DNA of 64,000 nucleotides from Vulcanimicrobiota bacterium. Its GTDB lineage: Bacteria; Vulcanimicrobiota; Vulcanimicrobiia; Eremiobacterales; Eremiobacteraceae. The stretch spans positions 1,568,001-1,632,000 of the forward strand of contig CAWETU010000001.1 of assembly GCA_963812135.1 (NCBI GenBank). The letters are read 5' to 3'. Below the pieces are notes generated by a model. The model had not been told where the DNA came from, did no database searches, and saw only the letters and a program-made list of their open reading frames with translations. Below, piece after piece: positions 31,980 through 41,227 of this stretch (the stretch's first letter is position 1; each line of letters begins with the position of its first letter). The translations under genes and the position numbers were made by a program.

Positions 31980-33041
31980 TTATCGAATGGCTGCGAGCTG
32001 CGCGGGCGTCGGACCGACCGATCCGGAGAGGAAGGGCACGGGATTCACCGGCCGGCCGTCCACGTGCACTTCATAATGCACGTGTGGGCCGGTCGCAAAG
32101 CCTGTCGATCCCAAGTCGGCGATCTGTTGGCCCTTATGGACGAACTGGCCGACCGACACGAGCGCCGCGGAATTGTGCCCATACCACGTGACATAACCGT
32201 TGCCGTGATCGATCGCGATCTTGATGCCGAATCCGCCATCCCAACCCGCTTCAATGACCGTGCCGGCGGCGGTCGCAAGGACCGGCGCGCCGTAATAGTT
32301 CACGATGTCAAGGCCCGTGTGAAAACCGCTGTCGGGATAACTGCGATAGCCGAAACCCGACGAGATCGACCCATCGGTCGGCCAAATCGAGGGAATCGCC
32401 TCGAGCATGCGTCTGAACGCCAGCGACGCTTCTTCGCGCACTTGCGCCTGGTTAGACACTTCATCTTTGAGCTTCACGGTGTCCGACTGCACGCGATCCA
32501 TGCCGACGTCGAGCAGCGCGAGGCTCAGCGACTCTCCCTGGAACGTCACGCCGCCGCGCCCGATGCCGAGCCAAGCGACGGCTTGCGTCCACCACGGGCC
32601 GTGGATCGGCAGCGCATCGTTCGACGGCTCGATCATCGCGGTGGGCTTCATCGGCTTGTTGTTCAGCTGTTGCGGCCCGACGCCAGGCGCAGTGCTCGGG
32701 CCAGCGCCGACACCCGCGCTGGGCGCGGTCAGCCGCTTGATCTCCTGATGCTCCGCCTGGATCTGGTTGAGCTGCTTCCACATGTGGCTGGTCTGGCGCG
32801 AGAAATTGACGAGTTGCTGCTGCTGCGCGGCGGTGAGCCGCTGCAGCTCGCTGACCTTCGCCTCTTCGGCGCGCACTTGGACGACGTGCTCGATCAAGAA
32901 CGCGGCGAACAGCGCCACGATGCACGCGGCGAACAGGGCCAAGTGGCCGTGCGTCAGCTCGAGTTTATAGATCGATCGTGCGTCGTGCGGGATGATCTTG
33001 ATGAGGACCCGCTTGCTCCACGCGTCGGGGCTTTTGGCCAC
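31980..33041 (-). CDS. M23 family metallopeptidase with TM and coiled coil
   Basis: PSIWP, HTGLD, TWYGHN, GSTGFATGPHVHYEV. Confidence 0.92.
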   Translation of the reverse strand: MAKSPDAWSKRVLIKIIPHDARSIYKLELTHGHLALFAACIVALFAAFLIEHVVQVRAEEAKVSELQRLTAAQQQQLVNFSRQTSHMWKQLNQIQAEHQEIKRLTAPSAGVGAGPSTAPGVGPQQLNNKPMKPTAMIEPSNDALPIHGPWWTQAVAWLGIGRGGVTFQGESLSLALLDVGMDRVQSDTVKLKDEVSNQAQVREEASLAFRRMLEAIPSIWPTDGSISSGFGYRSYPDSGFHTGLDIVNYYGAPVLATAAGTVIEAGWDGGFGIKIAIDHGNGYVTWYGHNSAALVSVGQFVHKGQQIADLGSTGFATGPHVHYEVHVDGRPVNPVPFLSGSVGPTPAQLAAIR

Positions 33042-33061
33042 CCAACGTCCTCCGGTTCAAT

Positions 33062-33544
33062 TCACTGGCGGCGGCGCTTGGCTTGCGACACCGCGGTGTC
33101 TAGGGCGCGCTGCTCTTCGAGGCTCAGATCCTTGTCGCTGGCGAACTCATGGATCGCCTTGGCGTAGCTCCTGACCTCCTCGCGCGAGTAGATGCTGGAG
33201 ATCAAAAAACCGTTGCCGCGACCATCGACGGCCGCAAGGGCATACGACAGTTCCGAACCGACGTCAGCAAACGCGTTAAAGCGCACGAATCCTACGTGCT
33301 GCAAGGCTCCAACGGACGCCGCCTCCAGGGCGGACAACCGGTTGCGCAGTTCGTCGAGGTCCCTCTTGTCAGTCTCCGGCCCCGTCTTGTGAGCGGTGAT
33401 CCCGGAGGATCGGAACCTAGGTCGCGCAACAGCCCAGTGATAGATCGCCACAACGGCGATCGAGCACGCGGCGCAGATAAGAACGATGAATAAAATTGCC
33501 GCGGAACTCATACCCCCCGTGAGGGACGCCGTAGCGTCGCTCAT
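33062..33544 (-). CDS. DUF4446 family membrane-anchored protein
   Basis: TM then VGFVRFNAF..VGSELSYALA..D.RGNG..ISSIYSREE.R.YAK. Confidence 0.75.
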   Translation of the reverse strand: MSDATASLTGGMSSAAILFIVLICAACSIAVVAIYHWAVARPRFRSSGITAHKTGPETDKRDLDELRNRLSALEAASVGALQHVGFVRFNAFADVGSELSYALAAVDGRGNGFLISSIYSREEVRSYAKAIHEFASDKDLSLEEQRALDTAVSQAKRRRQ

Positions 33545-33635
33545 CGGTCAGGTACCACGTTGCATTCGAACGCTTCCATGCCTGTCCTCCCCCAAAAGCG
33601 GCCCCCCTGTGTGATCCGTCCCACAAAACGCAAGC

Positions 33636-33787
33636 GGCGCCCGGGTGGTAAGGGGGCTCTAGCCGCAGGCCTTGCCGCGGCACCCGAAAGGTCCCACATG
33701 CCGCTGCTACCTTCCGGTCCTGACGGGGTTAGCGGGTTTTCGTCGCGCGGGTCCTGCGGCCGATACCCCCATGAAGTCGGGGCCGGC
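33636..33787 (-). ncRNA. ffs: Signal recognition particle RNA
   Basis: Domain IV CCGTCAGGACCGGAAGGTAGCAGCGG with a long flanking helix (GGGGGT/GCCCCC, GCCGCAGG/CCTGCGGC). Ends are approximate. Confidence 0.88.
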
Positions 33788-33789
33788 TT

Positions 33790-33877
33790 CGGAGAGGGAG
33801 GGATTCGAACCCTCGAGACGGTTTTAGCGCCTACACGATTTCCAGTCGTGCCTGATCGACCACTCCAGCACCTCTCC
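33790..33877 (-). tRNA. tRNA-Ser(GGA)
   Basis: GGAGAGGTGCTGGAGTGGTCGATCAGGCACGACTGGAAATCGTG...GGTTCGAATCCCTCCCTCTCCG. Confidence 0.95.
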
Positions 33878-33934
33878 GGATGCGTCGAAGCGGCGCGCAC
33901 GCCGCTCGGATGACGTCAGTTCAAGTCGCGCCGC

Positions 33935-34459
33935 TTACTGCCCTCGCTCCACCTGTGCGCAGCTCCACTCGATCGAACCGGACACCGTGCCGCCCTTCAC
34001 GTCGCCGTTGCGCCCGTACAGCGTGTGATAGTTCTGAAAAACCGCTCGCCCTATCTTGCCGCCCGCAGCGATCGTCACCATCAAGCTGCTCTCCGGCCGT
34101 TCCTCGAGCGTCGTGCCGTGCGGAAAGCCGGGGCCTTGCGCGATGTTGAGCGTCAGCCCGGCTGAGTCCTTATACGAACCGTCGCCGGTGAATCCGGGGA
34201 CGAGCACCTCAGCGCCATCGACGAGAGGGTCGCTCTGCAGCGTCACGCTGTAGCCGTTCAACAACGTCTTGCCGGGTTTGCCGACGTAACAGGTCTTCAC
34301 CGCGGCGTCGTGCATGATGGAGATCGTGCCGTGCACCTCGACGTGCGCCATCGGTGACGGCGCCGGCGCCGGCGCGGTCCCTCGACTTCCCGATCGCGAC
34401 GCGCAGCCGATCGCGCATAACACGACGGCCAACGCGAGCGCAAGCGGCTTGCGATGCAT
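33935..34459 (-). CDS. Hypothetical lipoprotein
   Basis: MHRKPLALALAVVLCAIGC lipobox-like start; RBS AAGGA directly after tRNA-Ser. Confidence 0.7.
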   Translation of the reverse strand: MHRKPLALALAVVLCAIGCASRSGSRGTAPAPAPSPMAHVEVHGTISIMHDAAVKTCYVGKPGKTLLNGYSVTLQSDPLVDGAEVLVPGFTGDGSYKDSAGLTLNIAQGPGFPHGTTLEERPESSLMVTIAAGGKIGRAVFQNYHTLYGRNGDVKGGTVSGSIEWSCAQVERGQ

Positions 34460-34479
34460 CGACGATTCCTTTTGGGTGC

Positions 34480-34570
34480 TGGCGGAGAGGGTGGGATTTG
34501 AACCCACGAACGGGTATAAGCCGTTACTCGCTTTCGAGGCGAGCGCGATCAACCACTCTGCCACCTCTCC
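34480..34570 (-). tRNA. tRNA-Ser(CGA)
   Basis: GGAGAGGTGGCAGAGTGGTTGATCGCGCTCGCCTCGAAAGCGAG...GGTTCAAATCCCACCCTCTCCGCCA. Confidence 0.95.
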
Positions 34571-34652
34571 AGTGTTTGACCGCGCACAGTTCGGTCCGCG
34601 CCGCGTAGCGCCCTCCGCTGCCGAAGCCGTGAACTCCCTACGCGACGGTCTC

Positions 34653-35138
34653 TTAGAGTTCGCCGGCCTCACGCCGGGTGCGGAAAAACGCGCGCAGCAT
34701 TTCTGAGGCCTCGTCCGCTAAAACGCCCGACGACACTTCCACGCGGTGATTGAGCCGCGGATCGTCGACGATGTTGAGCACCGATCCCGCGCCACCGCCT
34801 TTGGGATCAGGACACGCGTAGACGATCCGGTCGATCCGCGCTGCGACGCAGCCGGCCGCGCACATCACGCACGGCTCTTTGGTGACGTATAACGTCGCCC
34901 CGTTCAAGCGCCATCCGCCGCGCCGCGCCGACGCTTGGCGCAACGCGACCATCTCGGCGTGCGCGGTAGGATCGTGATTCGCTTCCTTTTGATTGAACCC
35001 GACCGCGGCGATCTCGCCATCGATCGCGATCACCGCGCCGACGGGAACGTCGCCGTGCCTTTGCGCGACCTCGGCCAACTCGAGCGCGCGCCGCATGAAC
35101 GCGACGTCTTTTTCAGTCTGCTGCTCGATCGTGTGCAT
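34653..35138 (-). CDS. tadA: tRNA adenosine(34) deaminase
   Basis: DVPVGAV, DPTAHAE, TKEPCVMC, DPKGG, LNHR, FFR. Confidence 0.92.
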   Translation of the reverse strand: MHTIEQQTEKDVAFMRRALELAEVAQRHGDVPVGAVIAIDGEIAAVGFNQKEANHDPTAHAEMVALRQASARRGGWRLNGATLYVTKEPCVMCAAGCVAARIDRIVYACPDPKGGGAGSVLNIVDDPRLNHRVEVSSGVLADEASEMLRAFFRTRREAGEL

Positions 35139-35165
35139 CCTTGCGCCTGTATCCGCGGTAATAAC

Positions 35166-35239
35166 CGCGCCCGAGTGGGCTCGAACCACCAACCCTCGGC
35201 TTCGGAGGCCGATACTCTATCCAATTGAGCTACGGGCGC
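35166..35239 (-). tRNA. tRNA-Arg(CCG)
   Basis: GCGCCCGTAGCTCAATTGGATAGAGTATCGGCCTCCGAAGCCGAGGGTTGGTGGTTCGAGCCCACTCGGGCGCG. Confidence 0.95.
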
Positions 35240-35246
35240 ACTGCTG

Positions 35247-35318
35247 TGCCTCGGGCAAGACTCGAACTTGCGACCAAGGGCTTATGAGTCCCCTGCTCTA
35301 CCACTGAGCTACCGAGGC
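35247..35318 (-). tRNA. tRNA with CAT anticodon (Ile2 or elongator Met; not initiator)
   Basis: GCCTCGGTAGCTCAGTGGTAGAGCAGGGGACTCATAAGCCCTTGGTCGCAAGTTCGAGTCTTGCCCGAGGCA; positions 1:72 are paired. Confidence 0.9.
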
Positions 35319-35330
35319 GTGGGAAGAGAT

Positions 35331-35405
35331 CGCGCTCGGAGGGACTCGAACCCCCGACCTCCAGATTCGTAGTCTGGCATTCTAATCCAGCTGAACTACG
35401 AGCGC
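35331..35405 (-). tRNA. tRNA-Arg(ACG)
   Basis: GCGCTCGTAGTTCAGCTGGATTAGAATGCCAGACTACGAATCTGGAGGTCGGGGGTTCGAGTCCCTCCGAGCGCG. Confidence 0.95.
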
Positions 35406-35413
35406 ATGTCGTA

Positions 35414-35506
35414 CGGAGAGAGAGGGATTCGAACCCTCGATAGCGCCTTTACAGCACTATAACGGTTTAGCAAACCGCCGCCTTCAGCCAGCTCGGCCAT
35501 CTCTCC
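35414..35506 (-). tRNA. tRNA-Ser(GCT)
   Basis: GGAGAGATGGCCGAGCTGGCTGAAGGCGGCGGTTTGCTAAACCG...GGTTCGAATCCCTCTCTCTCCG. Confidence 0.95.
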
Positions 35507-35546
35507 TCGGGACGTCCGTCAGTGTACCACAGCCGCCGCGGTGCGT

Positions 35547-36710
35547 TCAAGCCGGGGTGAGCTGTTTGATGATGTTTGCGACGCTTCGCGCCGCATCCGG
35601 CTTCGCTAGCATACGAGCTCGCGCGCGCATCGCGGTCAGCTCTGAAGCATTCGACAATAGATAGTCGAGCGCATGCACCAGCTCGCGCGCGTTCTGCACG
35701 CGGATGCCCGCGCCGCCCGCCTCCAGATGGCGCGTGTTGCGTTCCTCTTGACCGGGCAGCGGGCGCAGCATGAGCAGCGGCAGCTCGGCCGCGAGCGCCT
35801 CTGAACTCGTCAGCCCGCCGGGCTTGCTCACCAAGACGTCGGCGGCTTGCATATACTCGAACACATTGTCCACGAAGCCCGCCACTTTGACCGGATGTAT
35901 GAGCGTGCGCGCGGTCTCCGCCAGGCGGCGCTCGAGCGACGGATTCTTGCCGACGACCACCACCGTCTGCACGTCGTGCGCAAGGCGGTCGATGCCGACG
36001 ATCGCTTTTTCCAACGGCCCGATGCCGACGCCGCCGCCCATGAGCAACAACGTGATCCGATCTGGCGCCAACCCAAGCGCGCGCCGCATGGCGGCGCGAT
36101 CAGGACGCAGGCCGAAGCGTTCGTCGATCGGGATGCCTGTGATCGTCACGCGATCCGGCCGCACGCCGCGCGAGATCAAGGTCTGGCGCATGGCGCTGGT
36201 CGCGACGGCATACGCATCGATATTGCGATGGATCCAGAACGGATGCACGACGAAATCGGTGACCACACCGACGACCGCAGGCGCGTCCGAGAACTCGCGT
36301 TTGTATTCCGCCATCACGCCGCACGGAAACGCGTGCGTGCACACGATCGCATCGGGCATCAGCTGAGAGACGTAGTGGCGCAGGTTCAACGCGGTGTAGC
36401 GATGGAGCCACTTCTTGAACGCCGACACTTGCGTCGCGCGCTCGGCTTGCTCGTAGATGACGCGATACAGCTGCGGCAGCATCTTGACCATGCCGATGTA
36501 ACCGTTGCTCGCGACGCGATGGAACACTTCGGACGCATAGCGATACGAGTCGACGATCTCGCAATCGTAGTCGGAACGCCCTGCTTGGAGCGCGTTGCTC
36601 ACCGCCTGCGCCGCTGCGGTATGCCCTTCGCCGACGCTGGCGGAGAGGAACAGCACGCGTTTGAGGCGCGTCGCGGGCTGTCGTTCAAGCGTCGCGATCT
36701 GGAGCGCTAT
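35547..36710 (-). CDS. MGDG synthase / UgtP-like glycosyltransferase (GT28); start uncertain
   Basis: LFLSASVGEGH, CTHAFP, VVTDF..HPFW, TGIPI, MGGGVG, SKPGGLTSSEA, PLPGQEERN. Confidence 0.88.
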   Translation of the reverse strand: MALQIATLERQPATRLKRVLFLSASVGEGHTAAAQAVSNALQAGRSDYDCEIVDSYRYASEVFHRVASNGYIGMVKMLPQLYRVIYEQAERATQVSAFKKWLHRYTALNLRHYVSQLMPDAIVCTHAFPCGVMAEYKREFSDAPAVVGVVTDFVVHPFWIHRNIDAYAVATSAMRQTLISRGVRPDRVTITGIPIDERFGLRPDRAAMRRALGLAPDRITLLLMGGGVGIGPLEKAIVGIDRLAHDVQTVVVVGKNPSLERRLAETARTLIHPVKVAGFVDNVFEYMQAADVLVSKPGGLTSSEALAAELPLLMLRPLPGQEERNTRHLEAGGAGIRVQNARELVHALDYLLSNASELTAMRARARMLAKPDAARSVANIIKQLTPA

Positions 36711-37048
36711 GGCTCTTCTCCCGACTGCACGTCGTCGGCGTGCTCGAGGAATCCGTTGAGGACCTCTTGGGCGAGTTGCTCGTCGGCGAGCAGATGGCCG
36801 AACATGTCGATCACCATGAACTCGTCGACCGATTCGCAATAGCACACCGCGTACTGCGCCACGTTCTCATCTTCACCGATCAGCGCCACCACGTCGAATT
36901 CGAGCTCCCGCATCGGCGCATCCGGCTGCTCGCCGATGCGCGCGGCCACCACGATGGTGTCGCCGAGCTCCACGCGTGTCGCGGTATGTTGGCTTCCATT
37001 GCGCACGGTCCAGCCCGGTTCACCGCCCTCGCGCGCGCTGCCTTCCAT
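36707..37048 (-). CDS. Small acidic hypothetical protein (possibly DUF1292-like)
   Basis: Acidic ORF tightly coupled to mltG; EFDVVALI...YAVCY pattern. DUF1292 genes are typical ruvX/mltG neighbours. Confidence 0.6.
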   Translation of the reverse strand: MEGSAREGGEPGWTVRNGSQHTATRVELGDTIVVAARIGEQPDAPMRELEFDVVALIGEDENVAQYAVCYCESVDEFMVIDMFGHLLADEQLAQEVLNGFLEHADDVQSGEEP

Positions 37049-37050
37049 TC

Positions 37051-38040
37051 TTAATGAAGGTAGCGGCGCACGGCGGCGTTCTGTTCCTCGAGCGTCTTCG
37101 AGAAGTGGTGGCGTCCGTGCCCGGCATAGACATAGTAGAGATAGTCGGTGTGCTGCGGGTTGAACGCCGCGGCGATCGACTGCGCGCCGGGGTTGGCGAT
37201 CGGCGTCGGCGGCAAACCGACATGCGTGTAGGAGTTGTACGGACTATCCACTTGGAGGTCGCCGTAGTGGAGCACGCTTTTGTGCTGCGGCAGCGCATAC
37301 TCGATCGTCGCATCCACTTCGAGCGGCATGCCGCGCTTCAGCCGGTTATAGTAGACGCCTGCCATGAGGCGCCGTTCTGAGTTCACCTTGGCCTCGCGTT
37401 CGATGAGCGATGCGACGGTGATGATCTGCGGCACGGTATAGCCGAGGTGGCGCGAGGCGCGATCGTAGTTCTTCGGGAGCTTGCGGCGAAACTGGTCGGT
37501 CATCACCGCGGCGACATCTTGCGCGTTCGAGCCGCGCCGGATCTGATACGTGTCCGGGTACAGATAGCCTTCAAGACCGTTGGTGAGCGAGCCGTCCAGC
37601 AACAGGCTGCTGTGTTGAACCGCGTCTTCAAACGCCGTCGCGGAAACGATGCCGAGCGCCTCGAGCCGGTGCGCGATCTCGCGCGCGGTGAAGCCTTCCG
37701 GAATCGTGACCCACGTCAATGGCGGCTTGCCGCCCGCCGCGAGCAGATCGACCACTTGCGCGAGTGTCAGGTGCGCCGGAAAATCGTACTGCGCGGCGTC
37801 GACGTGCGCCGCCACGCCGCGCGCCGTCGCATAATACTTGAGCGCGGTCGCGGATCGGACCACGCCGGCCTCGCGCAGTTGCAGCGCGATCTGGCCGATG
37901 CCGAATCCGGGCGGCACATCGACGCTCACCGGCGCGACCGGCAGCGACGAATCGCCGGTGATCAGCCAGGCCAGGCTGCCGCCGATTAGAACAACGACAA
38001 TCACGACCACGATGCCAATAATGCGAAGCGCGCGCATCAC
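37051..38040 (-). CDS. mltG: Endolytic transglycosylase MltG
   Basis: VTIPEG, LEGYLYPDTY, ASLIEREA, VYYNRL, DSPYNSY..GLPPTPIANPG. Confidence 0.95.
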   Translation of the reverse strand: MMRALRIIGIVVVIVVVLIGGSLAWLITGDSSLPVAPVSVDVPPGFGIGQIALQLREAGVVRSATALKYYATARGVAAHVDAAQYDFPAHLTLAQVVDLLAAGGKPPLTWVTIPEGFTAREIAHRLEALGIVSATAFEDAVQHSSLLLDGSLTNGLEGYLYPDTYQIRRGSNAQDVAAVMTDQFRRKLPKNYDRASRHLGYTVPQIITVASLIEREAKVNSERRLMAGVYYNRLKRGMPLEVDATIEYALPQHKSVLHYGDLQVDSPYNSYTHVGLPPTPIANPGAQSIAAAFNPQHTDYLYYVYAGHGRHHFSKTLEEQNAAVRRYLH

Positions 38041-38465
38041 GCGTCTCCGCGGCGCACGCGCGCGAGGTATGTTTCGAGTATCTCGACAGCGGCGAGCCGA
38101 TCGACCAGCGCGCGGCGCTGCGACGCGCTGCGCCCGGTATCACGAAGCTTGCGGTCTGCGGCCGCCGTCGTAAGCCGCTCGTCGACCGGCACGACCTCCC
38201 CGTCGTACGATGCGCGCAATGCGGCGATGAATCTGTCCATGTTCTCCGCGGCGGGGCCGGGCGCGCCGTCCAAGCGCAATGGATAGCCGACGACGATCGT
38301 CGTCGCGCCCCGCTCGCGCGCGAGCGCGATCACCTGCGCGATATCCTTCTCGCGCGATTCGTGCGCGATCGTGGTCAGCGGCAGCGCCGGGAGATCGACC
38401 TGCTCGCTCAATGCGACGCCGATGCGTTTGCTCCCGACGTCGAGCGCGAGCACCGCGCCGCTCAT
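38037..38465 (-). CDS. ruvX: YqgF/RuvX family RNase H-like nuclease
   Basis: LALDVGSKRIGVA, VVGYP, DERLTT, VDRLAA..IL. Confidence 0.93.
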   Translation of the reverse strand: MSGAVLALDVGSKRIGVALSEQVDLPALPLTTIAHESREKDIAQVIALARERGATTIVVGYPLRLDGAPGPAAENMDRFIAALRASYDGEVVPVDERLTTAAADRKLRDTGRSASQRRALVDRLAAVEILETYLARVRRGDA

Positions 38466-39277
38466 CGGGATGCTGCCCGCGGCCGCGCGCGCGCCGAACG
38501 ATGTGCGTCGTCAATCGTCAGTGATTTCGAGCGCCGCCCCAGTTGATACTCGACGAACGGCCGCGTCACGCGACGCACCCGCGCGACATCCGGCAGCTCG
38601 CGCAACGCGGCGAACGGCATCGTCCGCAGCCCGCGCAGGAGCATCAGCTCGGTCGCGCTCACTGAATACGTCGCGCCTTGACCCGTGCTCGAACCAAGCG
38701 CCTTCTCCTCGACCGCGCAACGGCTGCACACGAGTCCGCCGGATCCGGGAGAGAGACGGGCCCTGCCGCCTGCCAGCGGGCGCTTGCCGAGCGCGGCTCC
38801 GCAGCGCGCGCAGGCGTCGAGCTCGGGGGTCAGTCCGAGCGCGGCGAGCAGCCGCAGGTCGACGGCAGGCGCGAGATCCGCCGCAGGCACGCCATCACCG
38901 ATGGCCGCCTGCAGCTCGCGCAGCAGCTCGAAAAGGTCGGGGACTGCGAGGTCTGGCTCGCTCAGCGCATCGATCACTTCGCAGACATACGAAGCAAGCG
39001 CGAACGTCTCGGGCGCGACCAGCCGTTCCCAGATGCGCGGCGCCCCGGCGACCGAGCGCACGCCGGTCACGATATCAAGACTGCGGCCGGTGTGCAACGA
39101 CAGCAACGCGTGGCTGAAAAAATCAAGCCGCGCGCCGAATCTGCTCTGCGTCTTGCGCGAACCTTTCGCGACCGCATGCAGCTTGCCGCGCTCGCGCGAG
39201 AACAGCGTGAGGATGCGATCGGCTTCGCCAAGCGGCCGCAAGCGAAGGACAAATGCTTCAACGGAATAGGATTTCAT
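38462..39277 (-). CDS. recO: DNA repair protein RecO
   Basis: LGEADRILTLFS...GK..AVAKG; CARC/CSRC Zn finger. Confidence 0.93.
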   Translation of the reverse strand: MKSYSVEAFVLRLRPLGEADRILTLFSRERGKLHAVAKGSRKTQSRFGARLDFFSHALLSLHTGRSLDIVTGVRSVAGAPRIWERLVAPETFALASYVCEVIDALSEPDLAVPDLFELLRELQAAIGDGVPAADLAPAVDLRLLAALGLTPELDACARCGAALGKRPLAGGRARLSPGSGGLVCSRCAVEEKALGSSTGQGATYSVSATELMLLRGLRTMPFAALRELPDVARVRRVTRPFVEYQLGRRSKSLTIDDAHRSARARPRAASR

Positions 39278-39288
39278 CGGCGGTGGCC

Positions 39289-39341
39289 GGTCGAATGAAT
39301 TCGACCGCTACAGAACTCGGCCGAATGAATTCGGCCGCTAC
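39289..39341 (-). repeat. Tandem doublet of 23-nt GTAG-palindrome REP-like elements
   Basis: Minus strand GTAGCGGCCGAATTCATTCGGCC (39319-39341) and GTAGCGGTCGAATTCATTCGACC (39289-39311). Confidence 0.75.
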
Positions 39342-39344
39342 GGT

Positions 39345-39794
39345 TCAGCGCGCGGCCAGCTCCCGGTCGTCGCGTGAGATCGGCGGCTCGATGGCATGCC
39401 CGGTCAGCGGGGACGGCATGAGATCGCGCATGCGCACGCTGTCGTACGAGCCGTCTGCGCGGCAGCGGATGACGAGCAGATCCGGGGAGAACTCCGCGAG
39501 GACTTGGCGGCACGCGCCGCACGGCACGAAGCCGCCCGGGCTGTCGCCGGCGACCGCGATCGCGATGAACGAACGGGCTCCGGCAGCTGCTGCGGCACCG
39601 ACGGCGACTCGCTCGGCGCACATCGAGAGTCCATACGATGGGTTCTCGACATTCGCGCCGGTGAAGATGCGTCCGTCCGCTGTGAGCAACGCCGCGCCGA
39701 CACGGAACTGCGAATACGGGGCGTACGCGAATAGCCAAGTCTCCCAGGCTTTTTGCGCGAGCGCGCTGATGCGGTTCTCGTTCAGCCTTGGCAC
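39345..39794 (-). CDS. cdd: Cytidine deaminase (tetrameric type)
   Basis: AYAPYS.FRVGAA, GANVEN.SYGLSMCAER, PCGACRQ; GTG 39794 with RBS GGGGAGGT. Confidence 0.93.
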   Translation of the reverse strand: MPRLNENRISALAQKAWETWLFAYAPYSQFRVGAALLTADGRIFTGANVENPSYGLSMCAERVAVGAAAAAGARSFIAIAVAGDSPGGFVPCGACRQVLAEFSPDLLVIRCRADGSYDSVRMRDLMPSPLTGHAIEPPISRDDRELAAR

Positions 39795-39817
39795 AAGTGA
39801 CCTCCCCCGGTCGCTTC

Positions 39818-41149
39818 TTAGGAATGTCCGTTCTTCGCGGGCTTCAAACTTTGATCGCTTTGGGCCGTCGCGGCAGCGCCATTCACTGAACGTGCCTTCT
39901 TGATGCGGACGGAACGCAACCTTCTTCCGGCGGTCTCCTCGACGACGATCGTCACGCCGTCTCCGACAGAAATCGTATCGCCTGGCAACGGGACACGGCC
40001 GAACTGACCGAACGCGTAGCCGCCTATGCTCTCGTAGTCCTCGGTGGGCAAGGAGAGCCCGAGCTCTTCGTTGACGTCCTCGATGCTCATCCTGGCGTCG
40101 ACGACCGCCTCGCCATCGTGCAGGTGTTTGATTTCCGCTGGCTTGTCGTGCTCGCCGACATCGTACTCGTCCATGATCTCGCCGACGATCTCTTCGAGCA
40201 GATCCTCCATCGTCACGAGTCCGGCGGTGCCGCCGTATTCGTCGACGACGATCGCGACCGAGACCTTCTCGGCCTGCATCTCGCGGATGAGCTCGTCCAC
40301 TTTCTTGGTCTCGGGGATCGCTTTGACCGGGCGCATCAATTCGCGCAGCCGTTTTGAGGTCTCGCCGCGGGTCAAGGCGACCAGCAGCTCGCGGTCGTGG
40401 ACGACGCCGACGATGTGGTCGATGTTGCCTTCGTAGACCGGCAGCTTCGAGTAGCCTTCTTTGATCGCCAGCTCCACGCCGGCGGATACAGGACCGTCCG
40501 CGTCGGCGACCACCATGTCGGTCCGCGGCGTCATCACTTCGCTCACCGCGGTGTCGCCGAGCTCGAAGATGGAGTGGATCATCTCCTTCTCCTCTTCCTC
40601 GATGACGCCGTGCTCTTCGCCCGCGTTCACGAGCGCGCGGATATCGTCTTCTGTGACATACGGGCCGACGGCTTTCGGGTCGCCGCCGAACAAGCGGATC
40701 AGACCGGAGGTGATGCCGACAAGGGCCCAGGTCACAGGCGAGAGCAGGGTCGCCATCGAGTGCAGGAACCACGCAAGGCGCGGCGCCCAGCGAATCGGAT
40801 CTTGGACGGCGATCATCTTCGGCAATATCTCGGCGAACACGAGCACGGCCAGCGCCATCAAGACCGTCGCGACGAGCACGGGGCTGAACAGCCCGACTTG
40901 GATCGCGAGCCAGGTCGCGATCGAATCGGCCGAAAGCAGCACGATCGTGTTGCCGACCAGCATCGTGGTCAGGTACCGATTGCGATCGTCGAGCAGTTTG
41001 GAGAGCGATTGGCTCACGCTGTCGCTGGTCCGCTGCAACAGCCGTAAGCGGCTCATGGCGAGCAGCGCTGCTTCAGAGGCGCTGAACAGCGCGGAGAGCA
41101 CGATGAGGATGAAGATTGCGAGCAGGCTGAGCAGCCTAGGATCCGCCAT
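39818..41149 (-). CDS. Hemolysin / HlyC-CorC (CNNM + CBS + CorC) family protein
   Basis: FSASEAAL, EILPK, VMTPR, VVDEYGGTAGLVTMEDLLEEIVGEI. Confidence 0.93.
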   Translation of the reverse strand: MADPRLLSLLAIFILIVLSALFSASEAALLAMSRLRLLQRTSDSVSQSLSKLLDDRNRYLTTMLVGNTIVLLSADSIATWLAIQVGLFSPVLVATVLMALAVLVFAEILPKMIAVQDPIRWAPRLAWFLHSMATLLSPVTWALVGITSGLIRLFGGDPKAVGPYVTEDDIRALVNAGEEHGVIEEEEKEMIHSIFELGDTAVSEVMTPRTDMVVADADGPVSAGVELAIKEGYSKLPVYEGNIDHIVGVVHDRELLVALTRGETSKRLRELMRPVKAIPETKKVDELIREMQAEKVSVAIVVDEYGGTAGLVTMEDLLEEIVGEIMDEYDVGEHDKPAEIKHLHDGEAVVDARMSIEDVNEELGLSLPTEDYESIGGYAFGQFGRVPLPGDTISVGDGVTIVVEETAGRRLRSVRIKKARSVNGAAATAQSDQSLKPAKNGHS

Positions 41150-41227
41150 GAACCTCCCTACTATTCGGGGTCTTATCCAGGTTCTCCACCCGGGTCCACG
41201 TCCGGCGGGACGCGCCGCCAGCGAGCG

